DNA of 64,000 nt from Octopus vulgaris (lineage: Eukaryota), in contig OX597820.1 of NCBI GenBank assembly GCA_951406725.2, positions 71,052,001 to 71,116,000 of the forward strand. The letters run 5' to 3'. The position numbers were made by a program, and so were the translations under genes. Below are positions 21,896 to 36,294 of the stretch, one piece after another; the stretch's first letter is position 1, and every line of letters begins with the position of its first letter. Below the pieces are notes generated by a model. That model did no database searches. It was not told the origin of the DNA and saw nothing but the letters and a program-made list of their open reading frames with translations.

Positions 21896-23289
21896 ATGAT
21901 AAGAAGGAATGATAACATTAAAATGATAAGAAGGAAACTTCCATCAGGCAAAGCTGACCATGTCCCAGCACATGTACACAGAAGCTTAGGCAAGATTTTT
22001 ATGAAGACAGCTAGCAGTTACTCAGGCATGCAATTTCCCTTTTCCACACCATCCGTATTTCTCCAATGGAAAAATTACTTATATTATTTACATCAGATGG
22101 ATATATGTCCTCATCTTATTTGTTGTTATCACAACATTTCAGCTGATTTACTCTCCAGCCTTCATCAGGCGTCCTGGTAGAATTTTGAACCCAACCTGTC
22201 TTCATCTTTCATTTTTCTATTAATTTCAACTACATGTATATATATATATATATGATGATAATGATGATGATGATGATGATGACAATATAAGTAAAATAAG
22301 AGATGGAATGTGTATTAGAATTTTATTAAGTACTTTACTCATCATCTATTTATACATTTTGTATCATTTTCCCATGATACATATATATATATATATATAT
22401 ACATACACACACACACGACAGGCTTCCACATAATTTCTGTTGACCAAATTCACTCAAAACCCATTGGTTAGCTGTGAACTATAGTAGAAGACACCTGCCC
22501 AATGTGCCGTACGGTGGAACTGAACCTAAATCCACATGGTGGAAAGCAAGGTTTTTATTCAATGTTCATGAACTTTTATCCTATATTCATGAAAAGAGCA
22601 TTACAGCTTTCTATAACATAAGAATGGAAACACACCACCACCACCACCACCCAATCTTCATCGCTAACTTGGATTTTTTTTTCTCCTTTTTCCATGTTGG
22701 TATAGACTGGATGAGTTTCCCAGAGTAATATTTTGCAGCCATACGTCCTTTCTGCTACCAACCTTCTTAGTTACCTCCTACAGAAAACCGGAACACAGTG
22801 AAGCTATTTTAAAACTTGGTCAAAATATATTCAAAACAATTATTGATTCTAATTAAGCAATAAAGTTAACAAATCTAAGAATATTAACCCTCATAGCACT
22901 GATTAAATTTTTGCTAATCATTTGCTGGTGATATAGCATGATAATCATATGCAAATCAATTCACGCAACCTTGTTCTATTGGCTAGTAAAAATATAATAT
23001 GCATTGCTTTCCAAGTTCAGTCCTACTGCATAGCACCTTGAGCAAATATTTTCTACTATAGCCTCAGGCCAAGCAAACCTTTGTGAGTGAAATTGGTTGA
23101 TGGAAACAGAAAGAGGCCTGTCACATGTGTGTGTGTGTGTGTGTGATATACACACAACAGGAATATTGGGTATAAATATCCCTACACATAGTCTTGATAT
23201 TCAATATTCAAATAATACTGTTGTGGTGTGCAGATTATATCGAACTATCAAGGTGTCTCTATTTAAGTACCTAATTTAACTGAATCTTA

Positions 23290-23643
23290 TTATATGCCAG
23301 TGTTCCTGACTGGCTCCCATGTCATGGCATGTAAAAAGCACCATCCAAACGTGGTCAATAGCAGTGCCCCCTGACTGGCTCCCGTGCTGGTGGCACATAA
23401 AAAGCAGCATCTGCACATGGTCGATGCCAGTGCCCACCAACTTGCTCCCATGCTGGTGAGATGTAATAAGCACCCACTACAGTTTTGGAGTGGTTGGTGT
23501 TAGGAAGGGCATCCGGCTGTAAAAACACTGCCAGATCAGACTGGAATCTGGTGCAGCCAACTGGCTTACCAGTCCTCAGTCAAACCGTCCAACCCATGCT
23601 AGCATGGAAAGTGGACGTTAAACGATGAGGATGACGATGATGA
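23290..23643 (+). mobile_element. RTE LINE 3' UTR with internal repeats and (GAT)n tail
   Basis: Three CTGGCTCCC.TG..GGTGGCAC.TAAAAAGCACC-type units, then the standard tail. Confidence 0.8.
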
Positions 23644-23730
23644 TATATACACACATGCACATGCGCACACGTGCACACACACACACACACATATTTATTA
23701 ATGCAGCAAAATCTTCAGAAACTATTATTT

Positions 23731-24097
23731 AGGCATAGGAGTGGCTGTGTGGTAAGCAGCTTGCTTACAAACAACATGGTTCCGGTTTCAGTCCCACTGC
23801 ATGGCACCTTGGGCAAGTGTCTTCTACTATAGCCTCAGGCCAACCAAAGCCTTGTGAGTGGATTTGGTAGACAATATATAAATATGTATATGTTTGTGTG
23901 TCTGTGTTTGTCCCAACATTGCTTGACAACCGATGCTGGTGTGTTTACTTCCCCGTAACTTAGCAGTTTGGCAAAAGACACCCATAGACTAAGTACTAGG
24001 CTTACAAAGAATATGTCTTGGGGTCGATTTGCTCGACTAAAGACGGTGCTCCAGCATCGCCACAGTCAAACGACTGAAACAAGTAAAAGAGTAAAAG
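23731..24097 (+). mobile_element. CORE-type SINE family A
   Basis: Near full-length copy. Confidence 0.9.
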
Positions 24098-24605
24098 AGA
24101 GAGTAGTACTTCATGTTTCTGCTTGTTGGACAGTTGTGCTCACACTCTTAGCATGATCACCACTATCCAATGAAAGGGAAAGTGAAACTGAAAGTAACAG
24201 TTTGTGAAGATTTTGCAGCTTTAATAAAAGCATATTACTCTACCTTCAGTATTTGAGCATTATTTCTTTCCACCTTGTTTTGCATTTATGTTCTTACTCA
24301 TGTGTGTATGTGTATGTGTATGTGTGTGTGCACGCGCGTGTGTGTGTGTGTGTGTGTGTGTCTTCTTGTCAGTGTTTGTCCCCTACCACAACTTGACAAC
24401 TAATGTTAGTATGTTTACATCCTTGTAACTTAGTGTTTCTGCAAAAGAGACCAATTGAATAAGTACCAGGCTTTAAAACAATAAGTATCAGGTGTTGCTT
24501 CATTTGACTTAAATTCTTTAAGGTGGTGTCAAAGGATGGCTGCAGTCTTATGACTGAAACAAGTAAACGATAAAAGATACTATGTCATATATTCTCTTTC
24601 TCTTA

Positions 24606-24989
24606 CTCTCTTTTACTTGTTTCAGTCATTTGACTGTGGCCACGCTGGAGCACCACCTTTAGTCGAGCAAATCGACCCCAGGACTTATTTTTTGTAAGTC
24701 TAGTACTAGTCTATCGGCCTCTTTTTTCGAACCACTAAGTTACGGGGACATAAACACACCAGCATCGGTTGTCAAGCGATGTTGGGGGGACAAACACATA
24801 CATATATATATATATATATATTTATGCGACAGGCTTCTTTCAGTTTCCGTCTACCATATCCACTCACAAGGCTTTGATCGGCCCGAGGCTATAGTAGAAG
24901 ACACTTGCCCATGGTGCCACACAGTGGGACTTAACCCGGAACCATGTGGTTGGTAAACAAGCTACTTAACACACTGCAACTCCTGTGCC
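24606..24989 (-). mobile_element. CORE-type SINE family A
   Basis: Full-length copy, inverted relative to 23731-24097. Confidence 0.9.
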
Positions 24990-27784
24990 ATATGGAGAAT
25001 TCCAGAGTGCACATGCATAGAACTGAGTAGACTCAGTTCCCATGCAGTAAGGGTTAAAATGGAAAGGCATATAATGTCCATTTTTTTTTTACTATGCAAC
25101 TGCTAATAACTGGTATCCCTCAGTTATTTTCAGAGCAAGTGGCAATAACAACAGTTATAATGTTCATACTTCTATAAGTATCATCATTATTCTCACCACC
25201 ACCACCACCCTTTGGACATTATTGTATTAAGTCCCAGGACTCCTAATACCGGTGAGTAAGTGATCGAGGTTACAATATTCCTCCTGAACAGGACACAGTT
25301 GGGTGCAGAGTTATTCATTTACAGCTCAGAGAACTGGAACAATGTGAAATGAAGGGCTTTGCTCATAAACACTAAGCATCAGCTGGTCTGGGGATTGAAA
25401 CCATGACTTTGTGATTGTGAGTGTAACACCCTAACCTCTAAGAGATGTGCCTTCTCTACGAAAAGTATGAACATCACATAAAGTGTGTTTTTACTTCACA
25501 TAAAGCAAAGTCAAAGAGACACAACCTGGTACAAGAAAGTAATTAATGGATGCAGTTTGTCTGCTGAATTCCTCCACTCAATGCCACTTGACTTCACTAA
25601 AGATATGTTTAAGTGAAGCCAGGCTTAACAAAATCAATCTATCTACGTTATAAGAAAAGTAACAACTTATGATAATAATATGAATCATCTGATATTGGCT
25701 TTTGTCATCAACTGTACTTATAGAATTAAAGCAATGACAACATATTACTACTAACAATTCATTGAATAAAATAAGATAAACAGAATAAATTAGATAATTT
25801 CATTTCATAATTTCCATGACAATTTTGATTTTGTTTGTTTCTTATTTTTTTCATCAACTATTCTGGAACATTTCCAAATTTTACACGTAGAAAGGCTATC
25901 ATTTAATTATCTTCATTTGCATGTACAAAATTTTTGGCAAATGCTTCAACAATACAGCCGCCATTGAGAGAAGAAAAAGAAAAACAAAAACTCTGGCCAT
26001 AAAAGATATCTGTAGTAAATAGGTTCAAATATCAAAATAAAAATCAATAAAATCTTAGACTTTAATATTGATCTCATTTAGATAGCTTGTTCAATGTAGG
26101 ATAAATTCTAATGTGTATTCCAGTCAACAGATTTCAAGAGTGCACTCTGCTAAATAAATTTTCTAAAATAATTTAGGGAGATATTTTATCTCAGTGATAA
26201 AAACAAAATTAGACAATTGCAGTAATTATTGTTTCTTGAAAACTAAATAAAAGTTTAAATATCTTATCTAAATTAGAAATATATTTTCAAGACAAACTAA
26301 TACCATCAAAACCAATCTGATGGTGGCCACCTAGGTGATACTAGAAAGTGAAAGTAAAGGGTTAAACAATCCATATTTCAAAATATTTCAAAGATTTTTC
26401 AAGTTTAAATAAATCCCTAGCTTTTCAAATCTGCAGTGACATTGATAAGTTAGAAAGCTTAAGATTATGGCTAACTAATGCTGCAGGCAGTTAATTAGCA
26501 GTAACCAAAGGAAACTTGATACAATCAAATTGACGCAGATCTGAGGATATAAAAGCTAAAGATAGAAATGGATACTGATAGATATTATAAGAAATGACAC
26601 GTATGAAGCACTTAAGTCAGGTAGCCACTAGTCTATAGTAATATCATCAATAATAACTGATTATAGACCTTTATCTAACACAAGAAACCAATACATCAAC
26701 ACTTCATGAAATAAGAGATATCAATAGGTTATTTCCGTATTTATTTCAGTTTCATTCACTAAAAGCCTGGTGTCATATCAAATTGGAGCGAATCTCTGTT
26801 TTCAAGGCACTAACCTGTTTAGATATATCACTCAATTAGCCAAGTAGCTGCATTAACACAACCACAAGAACCCTCGAGTATCTTTAATGAAAAATCAAAA
26901 ATCAACTCTTAGATTTGATAGAACACATTAATTATCAAATCACTGCACCTAATATAGACAAAATTATAATTTAGCATTTCACTTCAAATAAAATCTATCT
27001 GTATTTTTGATCATTGCTTGATTTGACATTCTTCCAGAGTTGATAAAAGAAAATACTAATCAAGCACTAGGATAATTATAACTGATTTACTCTTCCTACC
27101 CTCAAACCTGATGCCTTCTAATCATCATCATCATCATCATCATCAGCATCATTTAACAACCACTTTTCCATGTTTGCATGGGTCATACAGAATTTAGTGA
27201 GGCAGATTTTTCAATGACCAGATGCTTTTCCACTGGTTTCCAAGCAAGGTGATATTTCCCCCCATAGTTAAAAAAGAAATAGCAAAATGTAATTTGAGGT
27301 AGATTTGGCTGCTATATCTAGCAGATTGAGTGGTTACAAAGATGCTCTCTTATTGGTTCATATGTCATTTATTTCAATGCTTTGCAAAATCCACAAGTTA
27401 GTCATGAGGAATTACTGTCTGTTCAGTTAATAATTAACATTTTTTTTTTTTAGTTATGATTACAAAGTTTGAGGAAGAAGAGACAAGAAATAATTATAAC
27501 ATTGAACAAATTTATTATTCACATCTTAAATATCACGTCTAGAGAAATATATTTATGAGCCATTTCTGCAAAGTATCACTGGATATATCAAATACACAGT
27601 GATTTGTGTGTGTGTGCATGTGTGTGAAATAATTGATTCATTTTCATCATTAGTTGGTGCTTCACACTGCTGTGCAATCATTCTGGGAGTAAACAAATTC
27701 TACCATATGCAATGAATACTTTCCCTCTCATTTGCATTCCTGAACATGAGTACATATGTGAAAATGTTCATTTATTTTTTTTTT

Positions 27785-28172
27785 TTTTACTTGTTTCAGT
27801 CATTTGACTGTGGTCATGCTGGAGCACTGCCTTTTAGTCGAGCAAATCGACCCCAGGACTTATTCTTTGGAAGCCTAGTACTTATTCTATCGGTCTCTTT
27901 TGCCGAACCACTAAGTTACGGGGACGTAAATACACCAGCATCGGTTGTCAAGCGGTGTTGGGGGGACAAACACAGACACATAAACATACACACACACATG
28001 CATATGCATATATACGATGGGCTTCTTTCAGTTTCCATCTACCAAATCCACTCACAAGGCTTTGGTCGGCTCGAGGCTATAGTAGAAGACACTTGCCCAA
28101 GGTGCCAAGCAGTGGGACTGAACCCGGAACCATGTGGTTTGTAAGCAAGCTACTTACCACACAGCCATTCCT
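27785..28172 (-). mobile_element. CORE-type SINE family A
   Basis: Full-length copy. Confidence 0.9.
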
Positions 28173-28186
28173 AATATATATATATA

Positions 28187-29063
28187 CAGGGTGTTTGGGC
28201 TTAATTTGATAGTTTGCATAAAAAGAAAAGATAACACAATATCACATGTAAAAATGAATACGTGTATTTTTAAAAATTGAAAAAATATCAACCAGATCAT
28301 GGTTGGGAGATAACATTTTACACAAAATATATGTCCTCAGTTTCTACCATGGCCTCAAGACAGTTCTGGAACCAGGAGCATGCGTTCATCACCATGTCCT
28401 TGGGAATACCTTTGAACATCAGCCTGATCTTGGTCCCCAGCTCAGCTTTGGTGATGCTGGTAGAGTGGTTGGTGTGTTTCTCAACTAATTTCCAATAGCA
28501 TGGGAATTAGACCAAAAATTGAGACTGATGAAGTCAGACAAAATTCTCCAACAATTGACTTCTGACTCTTTCTGGAGGATATGGCAAGGAGCCAAATCCT
28601 GCTGCTACATATATTGCCTTCCAGCAGTAAACCGCTGCAGCCAAGGTTTGACCGCAGTCTCAAGCAACTTCATACAACCATCTGAATCAAACTTAAGGCA
28701 CTGTTCAAAGATGTGGGGCAGCATGTCGTCACGTTCATGCCATTCCACATGTCCCTTCCTGCTGGATACAGCTTTGTAGTCTCCAATGTAGCTGTCCTTG
28801 TTATGACTTAGAGCCTTTGCAGTATTCACAGAGCACTGAGTAGCAGTCATAGTGTCAGCATTTTGATAACAGGTGTGAATACAGATAGGTCTTTTCTGAT
28901 ATTCAGATGGTTTCCAGCCCTCTTTATCAGCTAACATTTTTCTCAACTACAACTTTAATCTTTATGCTCTCCAACACCATTGACTGTTCACTAACATGTC
29001 AAGCACTTGCTGAAAAAAAAAAAGGAGATATAAAAGATCATCAGATTTAACCCAAACACCCAG
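28187..29063 (-). mobile_element. Internally deleted Tc1/mariner element, maT (DD37D)-like
   Basis: TA|CAGGGTGTTTGGGCTTAATTTGAT ... ATCAGATTTAACCCAAACACCCAG|TA. Minus-strand remnant MLPHIFEQCLK...LETAVKPWLQRFTAGRQYM*QQDLAPCH. Confidence 0.8.
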
Positions 29064-29215
29064 TATATTCTGATACCTAAATCTGATTCTTATTACTGTA
29101 CTGGCTTGTCAGTCTCCCTTGGGTAGTTCTGCTTAAAATCCTACTTTTCTCATTTTCTTTTGAAGGATTCTTAGAGTGAAAATTGGATGGAATATAAGGT
29201 AAAAAGATTTAATAT

Positions 29216-29610
29216 AGGCACAGGAGTGGGTGTGTTGTAAGTAGCTTGCTTACCAACCACATGGTTCCAGGTTCAGTTCCACTGCATGGCACCCTGGGCA
29301 AGTGTCTTCTACTATAGCCTCAGGCCGACCAGAGCCTTGTGAGTGGATTTGGTAGACAGAAACTGAAAGAAGACCATCGTATATATGTATATATGTGTGT
29401 GTATATGTTTCTGTGTCTGTGTTTGTCCCTCCAACATTGCTTGACAACCGATGCTGGTGTGTTTAAGACCTCGTAACTTAGCAGTTTGGCAAAAGAGACT
29501 GATAGAATAAGTACTAGGCTTACAAAAAATAAGTCCTGGGATTGATTTGCTCGACTAAAGGCGGTGCTCCAGCATGGCCTCAGTCAAATGACTGAAACAA
29601 GTAAAAGAGT
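29216..29610 (+). mobile_element. CORE-type SINE family A
   Basis: Full-length copy, inverted relative to 27785-28172. Confidence 0.9.
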
Positions 29611-30259
29611 ATATCTAAATGAAATACTACAAATCTGGGGTTTTTTTGTTTATTTAATTTTTCTAGAGAGATAATGACAATTGTTTTAACTTCATTGTTC
29701 ATTTACATCAATATACGATAATGATAACAGACACTGCAATCAGTTGATGAGCATATACATTACAAAAAGAGATGACATATTAAAATCAAGGGTAGGGGAG
29801 TTTCTATATTAACGAGTATAATAAAACAAAGAAGGTACTCCTTAAGATTAGCTAATCTAAATTTTGAAACAAAAAAGGCAATACCATTTGGAGTGGATCT
29901 AATTTTTAAAGCCAGCTTGTAGTTTCCTACTGAAGCAGCATTCATCAGATGTATGCAAACTGCTTTTGAATTCCATTTGAAGCTCTTCACCTACCCCACT
30001 AATGCTTCTAGGGAAAATATTGTTTCCGCACATTTAACTCAATTTGGAAATATCTCAATCACCTTACACATAACCTACCAACAGAAGGTAATGAGAATGC
30101 ACTGAAGAGAATCTTCTTTAGTATAATAGAACAGTAATACTTAAAGACAGTAAAAAAAATGCTAAATACGTCCTGGGGGATCAATTTGTTCAACTAAAGG
30201 TGGTGTTCCAGCATGATTGCAGTCAAATGACTGTAACAAGCAAAAGAATAAAAGAATAA

Positions 30260-30396
30260 TTGTATAAAAGAATTGTTAAAATATTTTGTGTATGACAAAT
30301 TTTTTGCACATAAACTTCAACAAGAAAATTTTATATGGACCCCCAAAGATGATATGGACCCGCAAAGGTCTTACAGACCCTGGTTGAGAACCACTG
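30260..30396. mobile_element. hAT-like MITE, one end
   Basis: Ends GGTTGAGAACCACTG|CTTTAGAA with GGACCC subterminal motifs; related to 49699-49948. Confidence 0.6.
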
Positions 30397-30910
30397 CTTT
30401 AGAATATATAGAATGTTGTTTCAGAAAAGTATTTTCCAACCATGTAATTAATTAAAACAAGAATAAGAAACAAAAAGGATTATCTACAATGTTACTTCAA
30501 AAGAAATAAAGTTAGTAATTACTCCTATTGAAAACCATTCTCATATTATTATTATGTACAAATATCTAATCATACCAGAGCTTTCTAAAACTAAAAAATC
30601 TAAAAAGAATGTGAGAAAAGTCACCAGTCACTAGTAGACCTTGCTGTCTAGAAGGTGACAGCAAACACAATATTAAATTTATAACAATCAGAAATGGTGT
30701 AAAAATGACTTTGAAATATAAAATGTAACAGTGATAGCTACAGATCAAAGTAGGCGTTTTTTTTTCTTTTTTGAAACAGGGCATTGTTTCTTATTCTTTC
30801 TAATATTCTCTATTGGTAAGATTCCACAAATAAAAATATAAAAATACCTTCATTCTCTATAAATCTTACAAAATCTATTTACTTTTCACAGTCTACATTT
30901 ATTCTATATA

Positions 30911-30951
<41 letters not shown>

Positions 30952-33221
30952 ATGTTTGTGTGTGTATACACACACACACACACACACACAATACACAGGC
31001 ACAAACATATGTATGTATGTATTTGCTCCTTTTTTTTTTAATATTCTAAAAAGAATATAATCTTAAGATACAACTCTGTTTTATCAGATCTAAATGAAAA
31101 ATGTTTGTGACAATCTTGGATAAATCTTAGCTTATAAAATAAATAAAGAAAAATAAGCTTTCTTTTTTTCTTTTCAGAAGAAAAAAAGTATCTGCTTTGA
31201 AATAACATATTCATAATGCTTCACTGTATTTGAATCAGGCTTGGCAATAAGATAACATCTTTGCAAAGAGCAGTGCCTCCAAGAATGTGAGACTTGTTTT
31301 GTTTTTTTGTTTTGTTTTGTTTTTTTTTTCTATCAAGTAAAATACAATATTTCAATCTCAAATAAATCCTGTCTCTCTATCTACAAGTCCAAGAGAAGAT
31401 GACTTACTGAAGCAAAATATTTTCATCTTCAGAAAACGTTTGTTGTTTCTTTCTCCTCTTTTATTTATTTATCTGTTTGTTTGTTTGTTTATTTATTATC
31501 AGATTCAGAAAATGATATAGATAAAATCTCAACTAATCCAATTACATCAAAACACAACTTTTATTCAGCTTCAGTTTCATTATGACCTACCGCAGTTGAA
31601 AGTGCATTGAAGTCTCCTGGGACTTAAAGACTATGGCCATATATTTTCCAGTATGACAGCACGACAATAAATAAATAAACAACAAGTCTCAAATTAACCT
31701 TGTGTGTTCAATGCTGCTAGTAATCAATAAACTTTGTCGAGTTACTTCAGGTAGAATAAATATTATATAGTATTCGGTATCAGAAAGCATAAAATTAGGG
31801 ACACAAAGAGCAGAACGAGTTAATTTGAACTGGCAGTTTGCTTTCAGCAATGCTGCAGATAATATCTAATTGCAACATATCTGACTTAACAAATTGCTCA
31901 GACTAGATTAAAAGGGACATTACGTATTAACAGACACATTTTACTGAATGCAAAGTAGAATGAACACATAGAAATAATGCACAAGACCAAACTAAGTATT
32001 ATTCAAGTGCAGATATTCATGTCTCTTGATTATTCATAAACTTGGTTACACAATGAAACACCAAACTAAATGATAAAGAATTCTGACCATTCCGAACACT
32101 AATTTCTGATTATATGTAACTAACTTGAAGACATTGCGAATCACCATGAGTGTCTGGTTTTGACACAGTAACACCTTTCTGTTTATCTTACTAAACAGCA
32201 CAGGTCAGAATCAAAGTTATCGCTTCTGACTTCAACACTTTCAATTTTCCAAGCAGCAAAGCCTCATTTTAGCAACATCAGATAATGATAGTATAGCCAT
32301 TATCTCTAATATTGTATTGTAAAAAGCTAAAATAATTTTCTCCTCGAAAGCAATGACACATATTTCTGTTGGCAAAGAAAAAAAACAACACAATAAAACT
32401 GACAAATAAATAAAGACTACTACCAAATGAAAATAATCTGTCATAGAAAAACTTTATCATTTTAATCATCCTGCAACAAATATTTTTTACTTAGTTTAAT
32501 AAAAAGAAGAAAGGTGGTGTGGCAAACATGATTTTTTTTTTATTGTAGGGCCTCCAAACCAGCAAAAGGACAATAAAAACCATGATTCATGGGTTACTAA
32601 AGTAGAAACTGGTGTGTAAAGATATTGAGTTTTCTTTATACCAGAGACTTAGTTTGAATATTTACAACAGAGTATATTCTGCAAAATCTATCCAAATTAT
32701 ATTACAATGTAAATGTTTTTTGCATTTTTACTGTTGAGAATTATTTAGCAAGTAATTTTAATTTCCTTTTTTTAATTCTAAACATTAATCTATATTTTTT
32801 TAACTACGTCAAATAAGCATTTAAAAAGATTTTTTTTTGTAAGTTCTCTCCATTACGGTAGATGAATAAGAGGCCTGACACAGCCCTCTTTTTATATTTT
32901 AGTTTTTAGAGTAGGTACATTGTGTCCTGTAAGTCATAACATGTAACCAAAATCAGAATCACAAACAGAAGAGATTGACATATGGCAAAAAAAAAAAAAA
33001 ATGATGCATGAAAATTTCCTGTCCAACCCATATCAGCACAGAGCAGCAGAATAGATGATATACCATGAGGAAGAAAAGAAACCAAATATTTCAGGCAGAA
33101 GCCTTCACCATGAAGAAAGAAATGTCAAACGGTGTTGAAGGATAAATAAACAGGGGTTAGCAAGAGCGAAGAGGTAAATGACAAGGATATGGCAAAAAGA
33201 TATATTAACACAGTGTGTGTG

Positions 33222-33284
<63 letters not shown>

Positions 33285-35475
33285 CAAAGAGAGAGAGAAA
33301 TAATGAAACACACATGCACAGACATAGACACAAATAAATACAGAAATAAAAGCCAGTTCAAAAATTCTGAGTTTTCTTACAGGTAGAGATTACCAAATCT
33401 TTACAAATTTCATATTGCACTAATCAAATAAAATCCCATCACAATGACAGAAGCAATTTATAAATGATACAAGTTTCTCATACGAACATACACAATAATC
33501 TTAGTCAATTAATCACAGCTTTCTGTCTATCATTATGAAAGAGACTATACCAACCTAATTAGGCAAAAAGAAAAGTCTTAAATTACTGTTGCCATTTTCA
33601 TAACATTTATTTAACAATTCTTTTCTTTGGTACATTCTGTTTTCATCTTTAGTTACCATTTACTCTGACCAATATTTCAAGATGGAGATGAATCAAAAGC
33701 ATTCCTGATTCCGAATACATCATATATACTATGGCAGTAAGTCCGTCCATTCACTCATTCCTGTGCAATATTAAATTATAGAGAAAAATATCTAATCAGT
33801 TGTGCTTTTATCTGTTTGTTTGTTCTTTACCAATACCTCTCTAATTTTTTATAAGAAGTTTTTTTCTACAACAATAAATTAGAGAAAACAAATGGAGAAA
33901 ACAGACTAATTTTGGATATTTTCTGTTTCTAGAAACCTAGACAACATTCAGCTAACATAATTTTTTTCTCTTCCCCAGAAGATAATGTTTAATTGATCAA
34001 AAATATCTGCTTTCCTGACAAATATCAAAATATATCTAACAAGTAACAGTTGCTTACACAGACAACTAATAAATAAATGAAATTAACATTCATTGAGAAG
34101 ACTACAGAAGATATAAATATTACAAATGTAATATTTGAAAATGTAGCTAAAGCAAATTCACTTGACATCTATGGTGATAAAATGAAGCAGCTAGAAATAT
34201 AATCACATATGGTCAGAAACAGGCATACGACTATGAAAAACCACACATGGCCATAATCTATATTTTACTGAGAAACACCTAACTTATGGTACAATCGGAA
34301 CAATATGATAACAGTTGGAAAGCATACCTATAAATAACCAGGTAAATAATGGCTTGGGGCCAAAACAGAAAGAGATGTAACGACTATATTTTTCTTTAAT
34401 TAACAGACATTGTGTGCAAATTTCATTTCCTCATAACACTTCCAATAGAGCAAAACATTCAATATATTTATTTTTATTCCCACTTTGTGTTAAATTAAGA
34501 ATCTATTCGTATGAAGAACATGATGTTTTATACATTGAAAATACTTTAAATATCTATGTGGTCTTTACTTCCAAACAAACAAAATAACATTTCAAATAAA
34601 ATGTAATATAAATTCAAAGGAGTGGAAATTTAACAGAGCAATTTATATGGAAAGAATAAAAAGGCAGTTGAATGGCAGAATTATTGGACTATCAAACAAT
34701 TGCCTTGTGGTATTATTCCGGCTCTTTTGTGTTCTGAGTTCATATTCTGGCCAAGGTCAACTTTGCCTTTCATCTTTCTGGGGTTGATGAAATAAAGTAT
34801 TTGTATAGAAGTTGATTAATCTCTGTCTCTCTCTCTCTCTCAGCTGTACTGTATGAATGAAATAAGGGACTATTCAAAAAACCCCTGTAAAGCAACCACT
34901 TCCACTATCACACTGGAAGAACACGATTACCAAAGCTTTGACAGAGGGTTCAGTTCCATTGTGCTGCACCATGGCCAAGAGTCTTCTACTGCAGCCTGGG
35001 CCAACCAACGCCTTGTGAGTGAATTTAGCAGGTTCACTGTGAATGTATGTTTGTGTGTGTGCGTGTGTGTGTATTACAACAAAAATTTTATATAGAGTCA
35101 CCTAAGGTTTCACACCCACAAAGCCGGGCCTTGTGGACAGCTCATCAGACTCTAATTGAATGCAAAATTTTAAAATATCTATGTTGCAGATGTGGGGAAA
35201 TGCTCAGAACTCAAGGAATACGAAAAAAATGTTAATGAGTATGGGTTATTTCCCCTTAATGCGAGGGAAAAAAATTTTTATAGACTCAGAGAGGCCTAAC
35301 GAGCTAATGGGGAGATCCAGTTTTCTAGTAAGCAGCGCTTGAAGTGGATATACTTAAAAAACACTTCTTTACTTATATTCTTTAAGTATTTTGGTTTGCT
35401 CCACGATGCAGATTTTGCAACAGCCACTTTCATTAATATACGGGCCTGGATAATCAATTAATTTCCACCTAACAT

Positions 35476-35537
35476 CACACAAGGTCCCTTGATCTTTGAG
35501 GTGCCACACACAAGGTTCCTTGATCTTTGAGGTGCCA
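35476..35537. repeat. 31-bp tandem duplication
   Basis: CACACAAGGT(C/T)CCTTGATCTTTGAGGTGCCA occurs twice. Confidence 0.9.
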
Positions 35538-35670
35538 CACACACACACACATGGTAAATGCTTTTGTTTTTCATTCCCTTTGAAATTGCTCTTAACTGTG
35601 GTTTGGACTTTTTGACTGTTCTTTCTAGTATGTTAGGCAACCTGTTAAGGCTCGCCTCTTTGTACTTAAA

Positions 35671-35828
35671 TGGTTGGCGTTAGGAAGGGCATCCAGCTGT
35701 AGAAACACTGCCAGATCTGACTGGCCTGGTGCAGCCTTCGGGCTCCCCAGACCCCAGTTGAACCGTCCAACCCATGCTAGCATGGAAAGCGGACGTTAAA
35801 CGATGATGATGATGATGATGATGATGAT
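35671..35828 (+). mobile_element. Short 3' end of RTE LINE with (GAT)n tail
   Basis: TGGTTGGCGTTAGGAAGGGC...GGACGTTAAAC(GAT)n. Confidence 0.85.
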
Positions 35829-36294
35829 GTCAGTGTCTTTGTGTTTGTATCCCACACTGCTTGACAACCTCTGTTGGTTTGTTTATGTAACTTAGCAGTT
35901 TGGCCCAAAAACAACCGATAAGTACCAAAGTCGAAAAAAATAGGTCCTGGGGTCATTTTGTTAATCTAAAACCCTCCCAGGCAGTGCATCAGCATGACCA
36001 CAGTCCAATGAATGAAACAAGTAAAAGATAAATGATCCAAATTTGAAAATTTTTTTGAGTTTTTAAGCAAATGGTTTATAAGTGGATGTTTTATTTACCT
36101 TGAACTGTCTAACGACAAGATAAAGGAATTACACATTTTTCAGCTAGAGAGATCAAATAAATAATGAACATTTGTGTAACAACAAAGTACAATATACCTG
36201 TGGAGGTAACATAAACCAAAACCTATGCATTTTGTAAGTATACTTCTGCTAAAAACAATTCATAGAGCAGAACATAGGCTGTGTCCTTTCTTTT

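Noticed and set aside
21888-21936. Short direct repeat ACATTAAAATGATAAGAAGGAA x2
   Set aside because: Simple slippage at a SINE tail; no further significance.
23290-23480. Regularly spaced GGTGGCACGTAAAAAGCACC-type repeats resembling a CRISPR array
   Set aside because: The intervening segments resemble each other, the unit recurs in dispersed RTE 3' UTR copies, there are no cas genes, and the context is eukaryotic.
29760-29990. 76-aa minus-strand ORF
   Set aside because: Non-ATG start, no domain resemblance and no convincing splice sites.
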